Counted from the stretch's first letter, positions 8,255 through 17,942 are shown. The stretch is 64,000 bases of DNA from Thermoanaerobaculia bacterium (GCA_041748075.1 JBGTDX010000036.1:58505-122504); one strand, 5' to 3'. A program made the numbers and translations. Notes: generated by a model from the letters alone, not told the origin.

Positions 8255-9667
8255 CTATGGGATCAGGAGGCGGACTACAACTCGACGGTTGGCCTGGCGT
8301 CCTGCCGCCGTGGTGTTGTCACCGATTGCTTCCGTCGTTCCACGTCCTTCCACGGTGATCCGGGAAGCGTCGATACCGTGACGGCTGACGAGATAATCCC
8401 GGGTTGCTTCGGCGCGCCGGCGATCAAGATCGCGGTTTGAGCCGGTGTTCTCACGGTCGTCGGTATATCCGATGACGATCGCGGTGGCTGCAGGTTCCTG
8501 CTTCATCCGCAGGGCCACGTCGTCGAGGATCGCCTTTGCGATGTTGGTCAGGCGTGCTGACCCCGCATCAAAGCGGAGCTCGTCGGTGCGCAGGTCACGC
8601 GGTGCAGCCGGCGGAACTACTGGCGGCGGCGGCGGCGTGACTGGTGGTGGCGGTGGTGGTGGCGGAAGCGGTGGCGGCGGCGGTGGCGCCACTGCGGCCA
8701 GATGAACCGGAGCATAGTGGAGTCCGACCAGTCCACCGTGCGGGCAGTGGTCGTTGTCGCTGCTCCACATCGTGAGGTTGGAACGAACGGCGGCGCTCAT
8801 GGCCCAGCCGCTCGTACCGAACCAGTGACGGATGCCCGTTACTGCGTAGACGATGTCGTCAGGAGAACGGTCGCCTCCCGTGTGGAAGATTGTGTTGATC
8901 TCGCTGACCCAGTTGGTTGACGGCGCGAAAGCCAGAGGGATGTTCAGGCCGGCGTCTAACCGGAATTCGTCCGATACACTGAAGTCCCCGCCGTGGAAGA
9001 AGTCCAGGCGGTTTGCAGCGGTAGCGTCCCGATCGCCGCGAATCTTGTACGTCCCGGCGAAACTGAACTGGCGGTAGTTCCAGTGCAGCCCCGCTCCGAA
9101 ATCGGTGCTGCCGGTCGAGATTCCGCCGTCATCGTCACCCGTGCCGATGTCCGCGAAGAGCGAGAGTGCCAGTCGCGAGGCGTACGTGTTCGGGTCGAGA
9201 AGTCCGAACTTGGTACCGATGTGGAGGTTGCCGATGCCCGAGTCGTCATACTGACCCTGGAACGGATGACCGTTCACGAAGCCGGCAAAATCGCCTGCGT
9301 TCTGATCGAGCCAGACGTACGGGATCGATGCGACGATCTCCCAGCGGTCGGTGATGCCGTAGCCGATCGAAGCACTCAGACGTGAGTCTTCGATGTCGGC
9401 GTCGACATACGGACGGGCGCTCGGAATCCGCATCGCAAGCGGCGCGGGCGAGGCCAGGTAATCGTAGTTATTGAAGTAGATGCTGAACGACCAGTCGCCC
9501 TGGCGAAGCGTATCACCAGTGATGATGTTGAAGAGTCCGGTCTCACCGCTGGCAGTCGGGGCCACCAGGTTGAGCCGATCCTCATAAGTCAGTGTCTGGG
9601 CCGTGGCACCCGGCACCAGCAAGGCAAAACACAGCATAAACAGCAGAGTTCGTGTCACCTGACGCAA
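8255..9667 (-). CDS. OmpA-family outer membrane protein (N-terminal beta-barrel domain, poly-Pro linker, C-terminal OmpA peptidoglycan-binding domain)
   Basis: TTG start with AGGAGG RBS 5 nt upstream. Signal peptide. ~30-residue poly-proline linker. C-terminal OmpA_C motifs (TDDRENTGSNRDLDRRRAEATRDYL...NRRVVV). Confidence 0.85.
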   Translation of the reverse strand: MRQVTRTLLFMLCFALLVPGATAQTLTYEDRLNLVAPTASGETGLFNIITGDTLRQGDWSFSIYFNNYDYLASPAPLAMRIPSARPYVDADIEDSRLSASIGYGITDRWEIVASIPYVWLDQNAGDFAGFVNGHPFQGQYDDSGIGNLHIGTKFGLLDPNTYASRLALSLFADIGTGDDDGGISTGSTDFGAGLHWNYRQFSFAGTYKIRGDRDATAANRLDFFHGGDFSVSDEFRLDAGLNIPLAFAPSTNWVSEINTIFHTGGDRSPDDIVYAVTGIRHWFGTSGWAMSAAVRSNLTMWSSDNDHCPHGGLVGLHYAPVHLAAVAPPPPPPLPPPPPPPPVTPPPPPVVPPAAPRDLRTDELRFDAGSARLTNIAKAILDDVALRMKQEPAATAIVIGYTDDRENTGSNRDLDRRRAEATRDYLVSRHGIDASRITVEGRGTTEAIGDNTTAAGRQANRRVVVRLLIP

Positions 9668-9853
9668 ATCACACCTCCTAAAATTCTTCGCACAGTCTCA
9701 GCGGCGTATTACAATTGGTGCGGCGATACAAAACGTGTGCCATGACCACCCCTTGGGACGTCCGCTAAAACTTTTAATGCGTGAGTTTAGCATAGCGGGC
9801 TCAAGAGGGTGGCCCGCGATCTGCTTGAGGCTAATAAATGATGCGACGAGCCG

Positions 9854-11281
9854 GTGAACGAATCTAGCTCTCTCCCCCGCGTCTGCCTGATACTCGCCAC
9901 GTTCCTCGTGCTCGCGCTGCCGCTCTCCGCGCAGAGCGTTCCGGAGCCGGAGGCTCCCGCCGGTTCCAGCGAAGCACCGCCGCCGGGGCGGGCGATCCAA
10001 TCTTCACCGGAGGTACCCGAGCCGGATCCCGAGTCCGTTCCCCCGGCCACGCCAGATGAGGATCCGATCGAGACCCCTCTTCCCAGTCCGGAGGACCCGC
10101 CGGAGGTTACCTCGGTGTCCCCTCCGGATCCCGCCCCCACCCCGTCCCCGACCAGGAGCGAGCGGCGCGATTCCTTCCCGAATCTGAATATCTACCTTCC
10201 GGAAGGAGAATTCGACATACGACTCAGGCGACTCATCAAGAATGTGTTGTTCGAGGGGCAGGTGAGCTACAACTTCGTGGATGGGGACGTTTCTACGTTT
10301 CTCCGCTACAAGTATTACGCTCGGAACCTAACGTACAAGATCGGCCTGTTCGACTCACTGGAGTTCGAATCGATCGATGATACGAGTGGAGACTTCGATC
10401 GGGTCCGAGGCGCGCTGGTTCAGTTTGAACGGCCCGTCGATTACAACAACCGCTACCTTCTCCTGCTCCAGAATGACCGGCTGCAGTTTGGTGACGTGAA
10501 CGATCCCGACAACAACAAAAGCAACAGCTACGCGAAGATTGCCTACCAGTTCGGGAGCCCGTTCGATGAGCGTCTCAATGCGCTCGCCGGAGAATCCCGA
10601 GGGAGGACCACCCCCGTACTTACGGCGTACCGCGAGCTCGGCCCGCAGAACACAGCTCTCGCGATCGCGCTCACGCAATCCTTTGAAGCCGGCGGCGACT
10701 ACAGCTACACAAAGGTGGAAGCGGAGGGGCTCAAGCGCTGGGAAGTGGGAAGCACGACGTTTCTCGTCTCGCGCGTGCATGTCGGTTCGGTGATCAGCCG
10801 CCAGGACTCCGGACTTGTGCCGGATATCCCCGAGGATCCGGACCAGCAGGAGCTCTTCCGTCGGGCATCGGGCCTGTTCCTCATCCCTCGCTATGACCTG
10901 ATCCGCATCGGCGACCGGGGCGCGATGAAGGCAATCGAGGGGGATGCCCGCGGCACCGACTCCGCGCACATGACGAGCGAGCTTTTTACGCCGATCTTCA
11001 GAAATCGTGACCATCGGACGGGCATCTTCACCTGGACTAACCTCTATGGGATCCTTTATGCCGGTGTCGGCACGGTCGGCTATCGCGACCGAGTTGCCGA
11101 GGCGCTCGTGGGTTATGAATTCGGCGATCTGCTGGTCGACGCAGGGCTGGGATTCGAAGTCAGCCTGTTTGTGCGGGATTACGAAGTCTTCATCAACTGT
11201 GTCTACGCCAGAACGGTTTCCACCCCACAAAGTCTGGAAGGCGATGACATCCGTTTCTCCGTGCGTACGGCGCGATTCTGA
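9854..11281 (+). CDS. Secreted outer-membrane beta-barrel-like protein with acidic Pro/Glu-rich N-terminal extension
   Basis: GTG start. Signal peptide (LALPLSAQS). ~100 aa low-complexity PE-rich region, then a beta-rich domain ending in a terminal Phe (RTARF), the usual OMP C-terminal signature. Confidence 0.6.
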   Translation: MNESSSLPRVCLILATFLVLALPLSAQSVPEPEAPAGSSEAPPPGRAIQSSPEVPEPDPESVPPATPDEDPIETPLPSPEDPPEVTSVSPPDPAPTPSPTRSERRDSFPNLNIYLPEGEFDIRLRRLIKNVLFEGQVSYNFVDGDVSTFLRYKYYARNLTYKIGLFDSLEFESIDDTSGDFDRVRGALVQFERPVDYNNRYLLLLQNDRLQFGDVNDPDNNKSNSYAKIAYQFGSPFDERLNALAGESRGRTTPVLTAYRELGPQNTALAIALTQSFEAGGDYSYTKVEAEGLKRWEVGSTTFLVSRVHVGSVISRQDSGLVPDIPEDPDQQELFRRASGLFLIPRYDLIRIGDRGAMKAIEGDARGTDSAHMTSELFTPIFRNRDHRTGIFTWTNLYGILYAGVGTVGYRDRVAEALVGYEFGDLLVDAGLGFEVSLFVRDYEVFINCVYARTVSTPQSLEGDDIRFSVRTARF

Positions 11282-11288
11282 GATTTGG

Positions 11289-11774
11289 CTACACTCTGTC
11301 GAGCGCCGCGTTGACGCTCCGCACGCCGGAGATTCTGCGGATCACCTGCGTCGCGAGATCCTTCTGCAGTTCTGATTGCACGGTTCCGCGCACTGTGACC
11401 ACTCCGTCGCGCGATGCAACGATCAGGCGGCAACCCTCGAGCGAGCGGGTGAGTGCCAGCTCGCGCTCGGCGTTGAGTACGATTGCCTCATCGTCGGGCA
11501 GCGGAACTACGCTCACCAAATTGGCCACGCGAGGGTACCCGAGGTCTGCAACGATCTGCCCGATTCGGGACGCCTGGTCGGCTCTCGATACCTGCCCTCG
11601 CACGATCGTGATGCCTTCCGACTCGACGATCTGCAGTCGGCTGACGCGAATGCCCTCCTCGGTCAAAGCGGACTCGACAGCAGTGGGAGCGGCCGAGGCG
11701 TCGGTCGGTACGAAGAGAAGGACGAGAGCGGCAGCCAATGCCAACGCTCCATATCGGCTCATGAAGGGGGTCAT
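11289..11774 (-). CDS. BON-domain periplasmic protein (OsmY-like, two BON repeats)
   Basis: Signal peptide then two repeats of the BON pattern (IRVSRLQIVESEGITIVRGQV ... and VTVRGTVQSELQKDLATQVIRRISGVRSVNAAL). Start set at the ATG preceded by AGGAG (the ORF-track start is 63 nt further upstream). Confidence 0.7.
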   Translation of the reverse strand: MTPFMSRYGALALAAALVLLFVPTDASAAPTAVESALTEEGIRVSRLQIVESEGITIVRGQVSRADQASRIGQIVADLGYPRVANLVSVVPLPDDEAIVLNAERELALTRSLEGCRLIVASRDGVVTVRGTVQSELQKDLATQVIRRISGVRSVNAALDRV

Positions 11775-11900
11775 GGGGGCTCCTGAGAAGAGAGGTGAAA
11801 TCTGGAAGCTCATGCCTTCCCATAATCCACGTTTCATGCCAAAGAAAAACCCGCATAAATATGCGGGTTTTCAATAGTTTACGATGTTGCGGGTACGAAC

Positions 11901-13013
11901 TCAGAACCGCAGAAGCGCCCCGACTCCTTCGTAGTTCAAAAGGGGCGAGGGGCCGGGAACGAGCTCCACCTGGGCGCCTTCCGTTTCGGCCGCCGCAATG
12001 AGTTCTTCGCCGAGGTCGACGCTCCGGACGCTCCTGCCACAGGCAGGGCAGCTGAGCGGAACCTGGTGGCCGATCGTGCTGCAGCTCGTGCACTGCCAGC
12101 CCGCCAGGACCGCGTCGGTATGAAGGAACAGGTGAAGGATGCTACGCATGTTTGCAGCGGCCGTGACCGATTCCGGTCCGAGGGCGCCGCGCTCTTTCTT
12201 TCGGCCGGCCTCTTCCAGGGAGACGAGCCGTTCTCCGCGCGTTCGAACCTGATGCTGTCGGATCAGGGTCAGACAAGCCTCGGTGATTTCACCCTGCTCA
12301 CTCCGTATATCGAGGTGGAGAGTGCCGATGACCCTGTCATCAACGCGCTTTGGAAGAAAGCTGCGGAAGTTGGCCAGGTTGCGCTCCTGCCCGCTGATGA
12401 TCACACACGGAAACCGTTCGCTGTCGATCATCCGTGCGAGAACCTCCGCGACCTCCTTATGATGGCGGTCGATGTGGTCCCTGACGTGTCGCTGCATATT
12501 CGCCTGGGACCAGCCGCCCTGATCGTGCGACCGGGGCGTCTCAGGATGTTCCAGGTCGATTTCGTAAAGAATGCGCCCGAATGCCAGCTCGAATATGCGC
12601 GCGTACTTGGCGTCGACCATCACCAGGGCTGCGGGCGGATACTCCTGCCGCAGCTGGGCGAGCGGTTTGAGATGGGGCCGGTTCCCGATGCTGACATGTG
12701 GCGTCAGCGGAACCGGGAGCTCGATCGGAACGAAGAACTCCTGGGCCGGACAGCAGAACATGGCCAGGCCGCGCGTCGCGGGATCGAGCGACTTCGCGAC
12801 GTACTCTTCGATCTGTAGAGTCGCCCGTTCCACCTCGCGCTTGTGACCGTTGACGCTGAGCTCGTCTCTGACGCGCTTGAGCTCGTCTTTGAGATAGAGC
12901 CGGAGGCGGTCTTCCTGGGCTTCGTCTCCCCTCGTGGTGTCGAGGTAGAAACTGACGAAGGCATCGTCGCTGCCTCCCAGGGCTGCAAGCTGCCGGATCT
13001 GTTCGGTAATCAT
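11901..13013 (-). CDS. eRF1/Pelota-like (baeRF / VLRF1 superfamily) three-domain protein with C-terminal zinc-ribbon insert
   Basis: Length and domain spacing resemble the eRF1/Dom34 N, central and C domains. The central region carries a Gly-Gly-x-x-Gln loop (HDQGGWSQ) where release factors carry GGQ. CTSCSTIGHQVPLSCPACG zinc ribbon. Assignment is from memory of the baeRF families, not from a search. Confidence 0.5.
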   Translation of the reverse strand: MITEQIRQLAALGGSDDAFVSFYLDTTRGDEAQEDRLRLYLKDELKRVRDELSVNGHKREVERATLQIEEYVAKSLDPATRGLAMFCCPAQEFFVPIELPVPLTPHVSIGNRPHLKPLAQLRQEYPPAALVMVDAKYARIFELAFGRILYEIDLEHPETPRSHDQGGWSQANMQRHVRDHIDRHHKEVAEVLARMIDSERFPCVIISGQERNLANFRSFLPKRVDDRVIGTLHLDIRSEQGEITEACLTLIRQHQVRTRGERLVSLEEAGRKKERGALGPESVTAAANMRSILHLFLHTDAVLAGWQCTSCSTIGHQVPLSCPACGRSVRSVDLGEELIAAAETEGAQVELVPGPSPLLNYEGVGALLRF

Positions 13014-13237
13014 TCGGGACTCCTCTCGGGTGATGTTGGAGAATGGGGAAGCGACACGGACTCCAGCTCGTCGCCTAAATGCGGAACGAGAGTACGTGCA
13101 CGATGAAGGTGCACGGTCCAGATCAGCAGAAGTAACAGGACGACCAGCAGGCCGATGCCGATCAAAGCTGATAGTCTTCGAATCATCGCACCGTGTAGCT
13201 CATGAGATTTTTAGCAACGGATGTGCCACGGAGGGGA

Positions 13238-13267
13238 AGTACACAGTACACACTACACAGTAGACAG
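13238..13267 (+). repeat. Tandem heptamer repeat (GTACACA x4, degenerate) in the divergent promoter region
   Basis: gtacaca gtacaca ctacaca gtagaca read directly from the sequence, between the baeRF gene and the ADH gene. Confidence 0.5.
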
Positions 13268-13361
13268 AAGGCTGTGAAGACTGAAGACGACAAACTCCGG
13301 TCGCTCCTGTCGACGCCCTTCGGTCTCCTGTCTCCTGCCTGGCTGATCAGATGAGGTTCCA

Positions 13362-14387
13362 TTGAAAGCTGTCGTCATTCGCGAACATGGTGGACTCGAG
13401 CGGCTCGAGCTGGTCGAACATCCCGATCCTGATGACCGGAATCGGGCCATCATATCCGTTCGGGCGGTAGCGCTGAACCATCTCGACATCTGGCTCCGGC
13501 GAGGTGTCCCGGGACACAGGTTCCCGCTGCCGATGATTCCAGGCTCCGAAGTGAGCGGGGTGATCGAGTCGCTCCCGTATGAAGCGGGTCCATTCGTTCC
13601 GGGAGACGAAGTGATCGTGGCGCCCGGAGTCTCATGCGGACTCTGCATTGCCTGTACGAGCGGCAACGATCCTCTCTGCAGGGGCTTCGGCATTCTGGGA
13701 GAGACCGAGAACGGCGGGTGTGCCGCACGGATCGCCGTGCCGGTGAGGAATCTCGTCCCGAAGCCGCCGTCTCTCTCATTCATCGAAGCCGCCGCTCTGC
13801 CGCTGGATTTCCTCACCTCGTGGCACATGCTCGTGGCGAGAGCCGCAGTCAGGCCGGGAGAGACCGTGCTGGTGCATGCCGGCGGGTCCGGCGTGGGTAG
13901 CGCGGCACTTCAGATCGCAAAGCTCTGGGGTGCGGTTGTCATCGCCACCGCCGGAACGAAAGAAAAAATCAACCAGGCGCTCGAGCTCGGAGCAGATCAC
14001 GCCATCCCTTACCGCGAGGTCGACTTCGTTGCCGAAGTGAGAAAGCTCACCGGCAAGCGAGGCGTGGACATCGTAGTCGAGCACGTGGGCGCCGAGACGT
14101 TCGACGGTTCGATGAGGTCGCTCGCGAAGGGTGGACGTCTCGTTACCTGCGGAGCGACGACCGGCGCAGAGGTGACGATCAATCTTCGCCTCGTTTTCTT
14201 CAAGCTGCTCTCGATTCTCGGCTCTACGATGGGTAGTATCGGCGAGCTGCATGAGATCATGAAACATGTGAACGCCGGCAGACTGCGTCCCGTGGTCGGA
14301 AAGGTGCTTCCGCTCGATGCCGTCGCCGAGGGACACCGCCTTCTGGAGAACCGCGAGGTGTTCGGCAAGGTCGTGCTTGAAACCTGA
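13362..14387 (+). CDS. Zn-dependent alcohol dehydrogenase / quinone oxidoreductase (medium-chain dehydrogenase/reductase family)
   Basis: GroES-like N-domain carrying the structural-zinc Cys cluster (CGLCIACTSGNDPLC). Rossmann motif GGSGVGSAALQIAK. Confidence 0.85.
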   Translation: MKAVVIREHGGLERLELVEHPDPDDRNRAIISVRAVALNHLDIWLRRGVPGHRFPLPMIPGSEVSGVIESLPYEAGPFVPGDEVIVAPGVSCGLCIACTSGNDPLCRGFGILGETENGGCAARIAVPVRNLVPKPPSLSFIEAAALPLDFLTSWHMLVARAAVRPGETVLVHAGGSGVGSAALQIAKLWGAVVIATAGTKEKINQALELGADHAIPYREVDFVAEVRKLTGKRGVDIVVEHVGAETFDGSMRSLAKGGRLVTCGATTGAEVTINLRLVFFKLLSILGSTMGSIGELHEIMKHVNAGRLRPVVGKVLPLDAVAEGHRLLENREVFGKVVLET

Positions 14388-14445
14388 ATCTGTCTCTGAG
14401 TTGTGACGGGCTCCGAGCTACAACTACCCACAACCAACATCGTCC

Positions 14446-16233
14446 ATGTCTCCCATCCACGTGCTTCCTGATGCATTGATCAACCAGATCGCCGCCGGCG
14501 AGGTGGTCGAGCGTCCCTCCTCAGTCGTCAAGGAACTGGTGGAGAATTCCATCGATGCGGGTGCGCGGCGCATCGAGATCGTCCTCGAGCAGGGCGGCCG
14601 GAAGCGGATCGAGATCCGTGACGACGGTTGCGGTATGAGCGAGAGCGATGCACTCCTTGCAATCGAGCGCCATGCAACCTCGAAGATCGCACACTTCGAT
14701 GACCTTCTCGCCGTCTCCACGCTCGGGTTCCGCGGGGAAGCCCTCCCGTCCATCGCCAGCGTTTCGCGCTTCACGATGCAGACCTTCGACGGCCTGAGTG
14801 AATCCGGAATCGAGATCTCCTCGGATCCGGCGAGGGGACGGTCGGTCCGTCCGATTGCGCGGGATCGGGGAACGACCATCTCGGTCCTCGAGCTGTTCGA
14901 AAATGTTCCAGCCCGGAGGAAGTTTCTCAAAAGCGCCGATGCCGAGTTTCGCGCGATTGTGTCAGTCGTTTCATCGTATGCGCTTCCGGAACCCTCGCGC
15001 GCCTTCCGGCTCGAGCACAACGGCAGGGTCGTGCTCGACCTGGTTCCCGTCGCCACCCGAAGGCATCGAGTGCTTCAGATCCTCGGCAACGAGGCCGATG
15101 GGCAGCTCGAAGAAATCGATATGACGATTGAAGACTGTACGGCGAGCGGATTCGTGACCCGCGGTCTCCGCTACGGTAGCCGGCGGAACCAGTATTTCTT
15201 CGTGAACGGCCGTCTCGTGAAGGACCGCGTGCTGACGCATGCGGCGAACCGTGCTGCCGATGCGTTCGATTTCGACGGCCATCCGGCAGTCTTCCTCTTT
15301 CTCGACATCGCGCCCGAAACCATCGATGTCAATGTGCATCCGGCGAAGACAGAAGTGCGGTTCCGCGATTCAGGCAAAGTGCATGTAGTCGTCGAGCAGG
15401 GCGTCCGACGGGCCCTCGGAGGAGCCGAGGAAGGAAGAGGGCTGCTCCGGCCGGCTGAAGGGCCCGCCCGCGCGGACTTTCCCGATTCGGAAGTGCGAAA
15501 CGGATCCTCGGCCGCCTCACCAGCCGGAAGTTCTCTTTTTTCTTCCGTAAGTACGAACCAGGGAGTGCGGGAATATGTCGTTCATGAGGTGACACCGCTT
15601 TTCCAGCAGCGTGCCGTCGTACAGCCGCCCGTTGCGTCCTCACCGGACCGCCTTGGTTCGCTTCGCGGCCGGGTGATCGGCCAGTACCGGCTCAGCTACA
15701 TCCTGCTGGATACGCCGGACGGCCTCCGCCTGGTCGATCAGCATGTGGCGCATGAGCGGATCCTGTACGATCGCTTTGCCCGGATGCTGGAAGCGCGCGC
15801 TCCCGAGACGCAGCGCCTGCTCACCCCGTTTTTGTACGACGCAGGAGCCGCCGAGTGCGCCATCCTCGAGTCTCACCTCGACGAGTTGCGCGGGGTCGGT
15901 TTCGAAATCGAACGATTTTCAGGTAACACGTTCGCCGTGAGTGCGATCCCGCTCGCGATGCAGCGAGAGCGCCTCGAGACGTTCTTCGGCAAAGTGATCG
16001 ACGCCTCACTGGACGAGAAGGGCTCACATACGACCCGGCTTCGGGAACGGGTCATTGCTTCCCTCGCATGCCAGGCGGCGATCAAAGTGCACAGGCCGTT
16101 GTCGGGTGAAGAGATGTCACGCCTGGTGGAAGAACTGCTCGAATCATCGAACCCCTACGCATGTCCGCACGGAAGGCCGATCATCGTCGACATCCGCCAC
16201 ATCGACATCGAGAAACACTTTCACCGCAAGTGA
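14446..16233 (+). CDS. mutL: DNA mismatch repair protein MutL
   Basis: GHKL ATPase motifs (ELVENSIDAGA, DDGCGM) in the N-terminal domain, plus the C-terminal dimerisation domain. Confidence 0.9.
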   Translation: MSPIHVLPDALINQIAAGEVVERPSSVVKELVENSIDAGARRIEIVLEQGGRKRIEIRDDGCGMSESDALLAIERHATSKIAHFDDLLAVSTLGFRGEALPSIASVSRFTMQTFDGLSESGIEISSDPARGRSVRPIARDRGTTISVLELFENVPARRKFLKSADAEFRAIVSVVSSYALPEPSRAFRLEHNGRVVLDLVPVATRRHRVLQILGNEADGQLEEIDMTIEDCTASGFVTRGLRYGSRRNQYFFVNGRLVKDRVLTHAANRAADAFDFDGHPAVFLFLDIAPETIDVNVHPAKTEVRFRDSGKVHVVVEQGVRRALGGAEEGRGLLRPAEGPARADFPDSEVRNGSSAASPAGSSLFSSVSTNQGVREYVVHEVTPLFQQRAVVQPPVASSPDRLGSLRGRVIGQYRLSYILLDTPDGLRLVDQHVAHERILYDRFARMLEARAPETQRLLTPFLYDAGAAECAILESHLDELRGVGFEIERFSGNTFAVSAIPLAMQRERLETFFGKVIDASLDEKGSHTTRLRERVIASLACQAAIKVHRPLSGEEMSRLVEELLESSNPYACPHGRPIIVDIRHIDIEKHFHRK

Positions 16234-16252
16234 GCATCAGTTGAGATTCTTC

Positions 16253-16669
16253 AGCGTGCTTCGTTCAGCAGCCAGCATCGCTCCGCGCGATCTCGGACGT
16301 GCGGGTGAGTCGAGAGGTGTCTGGTTCTACCGTTGGCGGGGTTACCGGATCGTGGCGAGAAATCTTCGCTCGAGTGACGGTGAGATCGATCTGGTCGTCA
16401 CGCGGGGGAAGACGATCGCATTCGTCGAGATCAAGTCGCGGCAGACGAAGGACAGAGGGTCGCCGCACGAAGCAGTGAACCGGGCCAAGCAGCTGCAGGT
16501 TGCAAGGCTGGCCGCACGGTTTCTCGCGTCGAGCGGGGAACGGGAGGCCCGCGTCGTCCGATTCGATGTTCTGTCGCTCTACTGGAACGGAAGAAAGTTC
16601 GAGATTGAGTGGTTCCCTGCCGCCTTTGAACTGCAGGCAGACCCCTCCCGCCCATGGAAGCCTAGGTGA
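16253..16669 (+). CDS. yraN: YraN-family (UPF0102) endonuclease-like protein
   Basis: GYRIVARNLRSSDGEIDLVVTRGKTIAFVEIKSRQT matches the YraN core (GYRILARNWRxxxGEIDLIA...VFVEVKxR). Start chosen at the in-frame GTG 17 nt after the mutL stop; the ORF-track ORF begins inside mutL. Confidence 0.55.
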   Translation, partial: SVLRSAASIAPRDLGRAGESRGVWFYRWRGYRIVARNLRSSDGEIDLVVTRGKTIAFVEIKSRQTKDRGSPHEAVNRAKQLQVARLAARFLASSGEREARVVRFDVLSLYWNGRKFEIEWFPAAFELQADPSRPWKPR

Positions 16670-17159
16670 ACATCTCCTCGCGCTCGGGGCTTTCAACGGA
16701 TCCTCGTTTGCTCTGCGTTGCCGCCAGAATCTGTGCGACGAGCAGGAGCATCGCCACGTCGCGCAGGAGCACAGTCTTCATCTCTCCGATCAGAACTTCT
16801 CGCGGCTTGTCTGCCGAGGCGAGGTCGAAGCATCCGCAATTGACCGGATTGTTGCGCGCGAGGTTGATGCCGATCCCGATGATGAAAACGAGAAGCATCG
16901 CTCCGATGAAGACCGCCGCGGTTCGCCGCCAGATTCCGAGAATCAACGCGATGCCCGTGAGCAACTCGATCCAGGGGAGAATCAGTGCGACCAGGTTTAC
17001 CAGTGGGCCTGGAAGCAGGCGGTAGTTGTAGATCATCTGCGCGAAGCTGGGCGGGTCGACGAGTTTCGGAAGCGATGCCACAACAAAAATCACCCCGAGC
17101 GCGATCTGCACGCGGACCGTGAGCCAGGGATGAAGGAGCCAGCGTGAGACGGAGCTCAC
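16662..17159 (-). CDS. MauE/DoxX-family membrane protein
   Basis: Four TM helices and the conserved NCGCF motif. GTG start overlaps the TGA stop of the upstream rhodanese gene (GTGA). Confidence 0.6.
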   Translation of the reverse strand: MSSVSRWLLHPWLTVRVQIALGVIFVVASLPKLVDPPSFAQMIYNYRLLPGPLVNLVALILPWIELLTGIALILGIWRRTAAVFIGAMLLVFIIGIGINLARNNPVNCGCFDLASADKPREVLIGEMKTVLLRDVAMLLLVAQILAATQSKRGSVESPEREEMFT

Positions 17160-17878
17160 TGCTCCGGCCCGCGGGCAACGGCCCGGCCACGCCTCTGCCA
17201 GTCCGGGAACCCTTCCCTGTAAACGAGCACGTTGTCGAAGCCGACTCCCCATAGCTTCTGTCCGAGCATGTGCGAGTCTTCGCACTCTCCGCCGCTGCAG
17301 TAGATGACGACCGGCGCATTCTGGTCTCGACCTTCGTCATAGAGTGCGGCCACACGCGCGTCCGCGTCAGCCTCCCAGACCGGTATGCTTCGCGCGCCGG
17401 CGATGTGACCCTGGTTGAAAGCGTCCGTGCGGCGCGCGTCGATGAAAAGGGACTTGCGTCTGTGGAGCTCGATCACATCTTCAGGGCTGATTTCGACCCA
17501 CGGTCTTTCAGGATCAGGCGGGAATGCCTTCGGCGTCGAGGCCGCGACGGCGGAAGCGGCCGTCGCGGTTGGAGAGGGGAGCGAGGCCGGTTGGGGCTCG
17601 AGGCGTAAAGGCAGGCCCGGATCGGATTGCGGCACCGCTGCCGGCGGGATGGCATCGAGAGCTGGCCGCAGAATCTGTGCTTCCGGCGGAGCGGCGGTGC
17701 TCGTGGCCACGCTCGCTGGAGCCGGAGCCGCGGCGACGGGGACGACGAGAGCGTTTGGATAATCGGCTCGCCACGCTACCTTGCGATTCCGCGCGGCGAC
17801 GGCGTTGGCAACCGTCGCGCAGAGCACGGCGATCACGATGATTGCGACGGCTTCAGCTGCAAATCTCTTCTTGTCCAT
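17156..17878 (-). CDS. Membrane-anchored rhodanese (sulfurtransferase) domain protein
   Basis: N-terminal TM, Ala/Pro-rich linker, rhodanese fold with active-site loop VVIYCSGGEC. Confidence 0.75.
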   Translation of the reverse strand: MDKKRFAAEAVAIIVIAVLCATVANAVAARNRKVAWRADYPNALVVPVAAAPAPASVATSTAAPPEAQILRPALDAIPPAAVPQSDPGLPLRLEPQPASLPSPTATAASAVAASTPKAFPPDPERPWVEISPEDVIELHRRKSLFIDARRTDAFNQGHIAGARSIPVWEADADARVAALYDEGRDQNAPVVIYCSGGECEDSHMLGQKLWGVGFDNVLVYREGFPDWQRRGRAVARGPEQ

Positions 17879-17942
17879 CGTCGGTTACGGTGGCGGACCA
17901 CGTTGAGATCAACGCACAGAGTGCCGGACTCATTCGCGGAAG

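Noticed and set aside
13010-13192. Apparent small membrane-protein ORF overlapping the start of the eRF1-like gene (ATGA overlap)
   Set aside because: Careful in-frame translation of the minus strand hits a TAG at 13076-13078. No ORF of 60 aa or more exists there and the ORF track lists none. The initial reading was a frame error.
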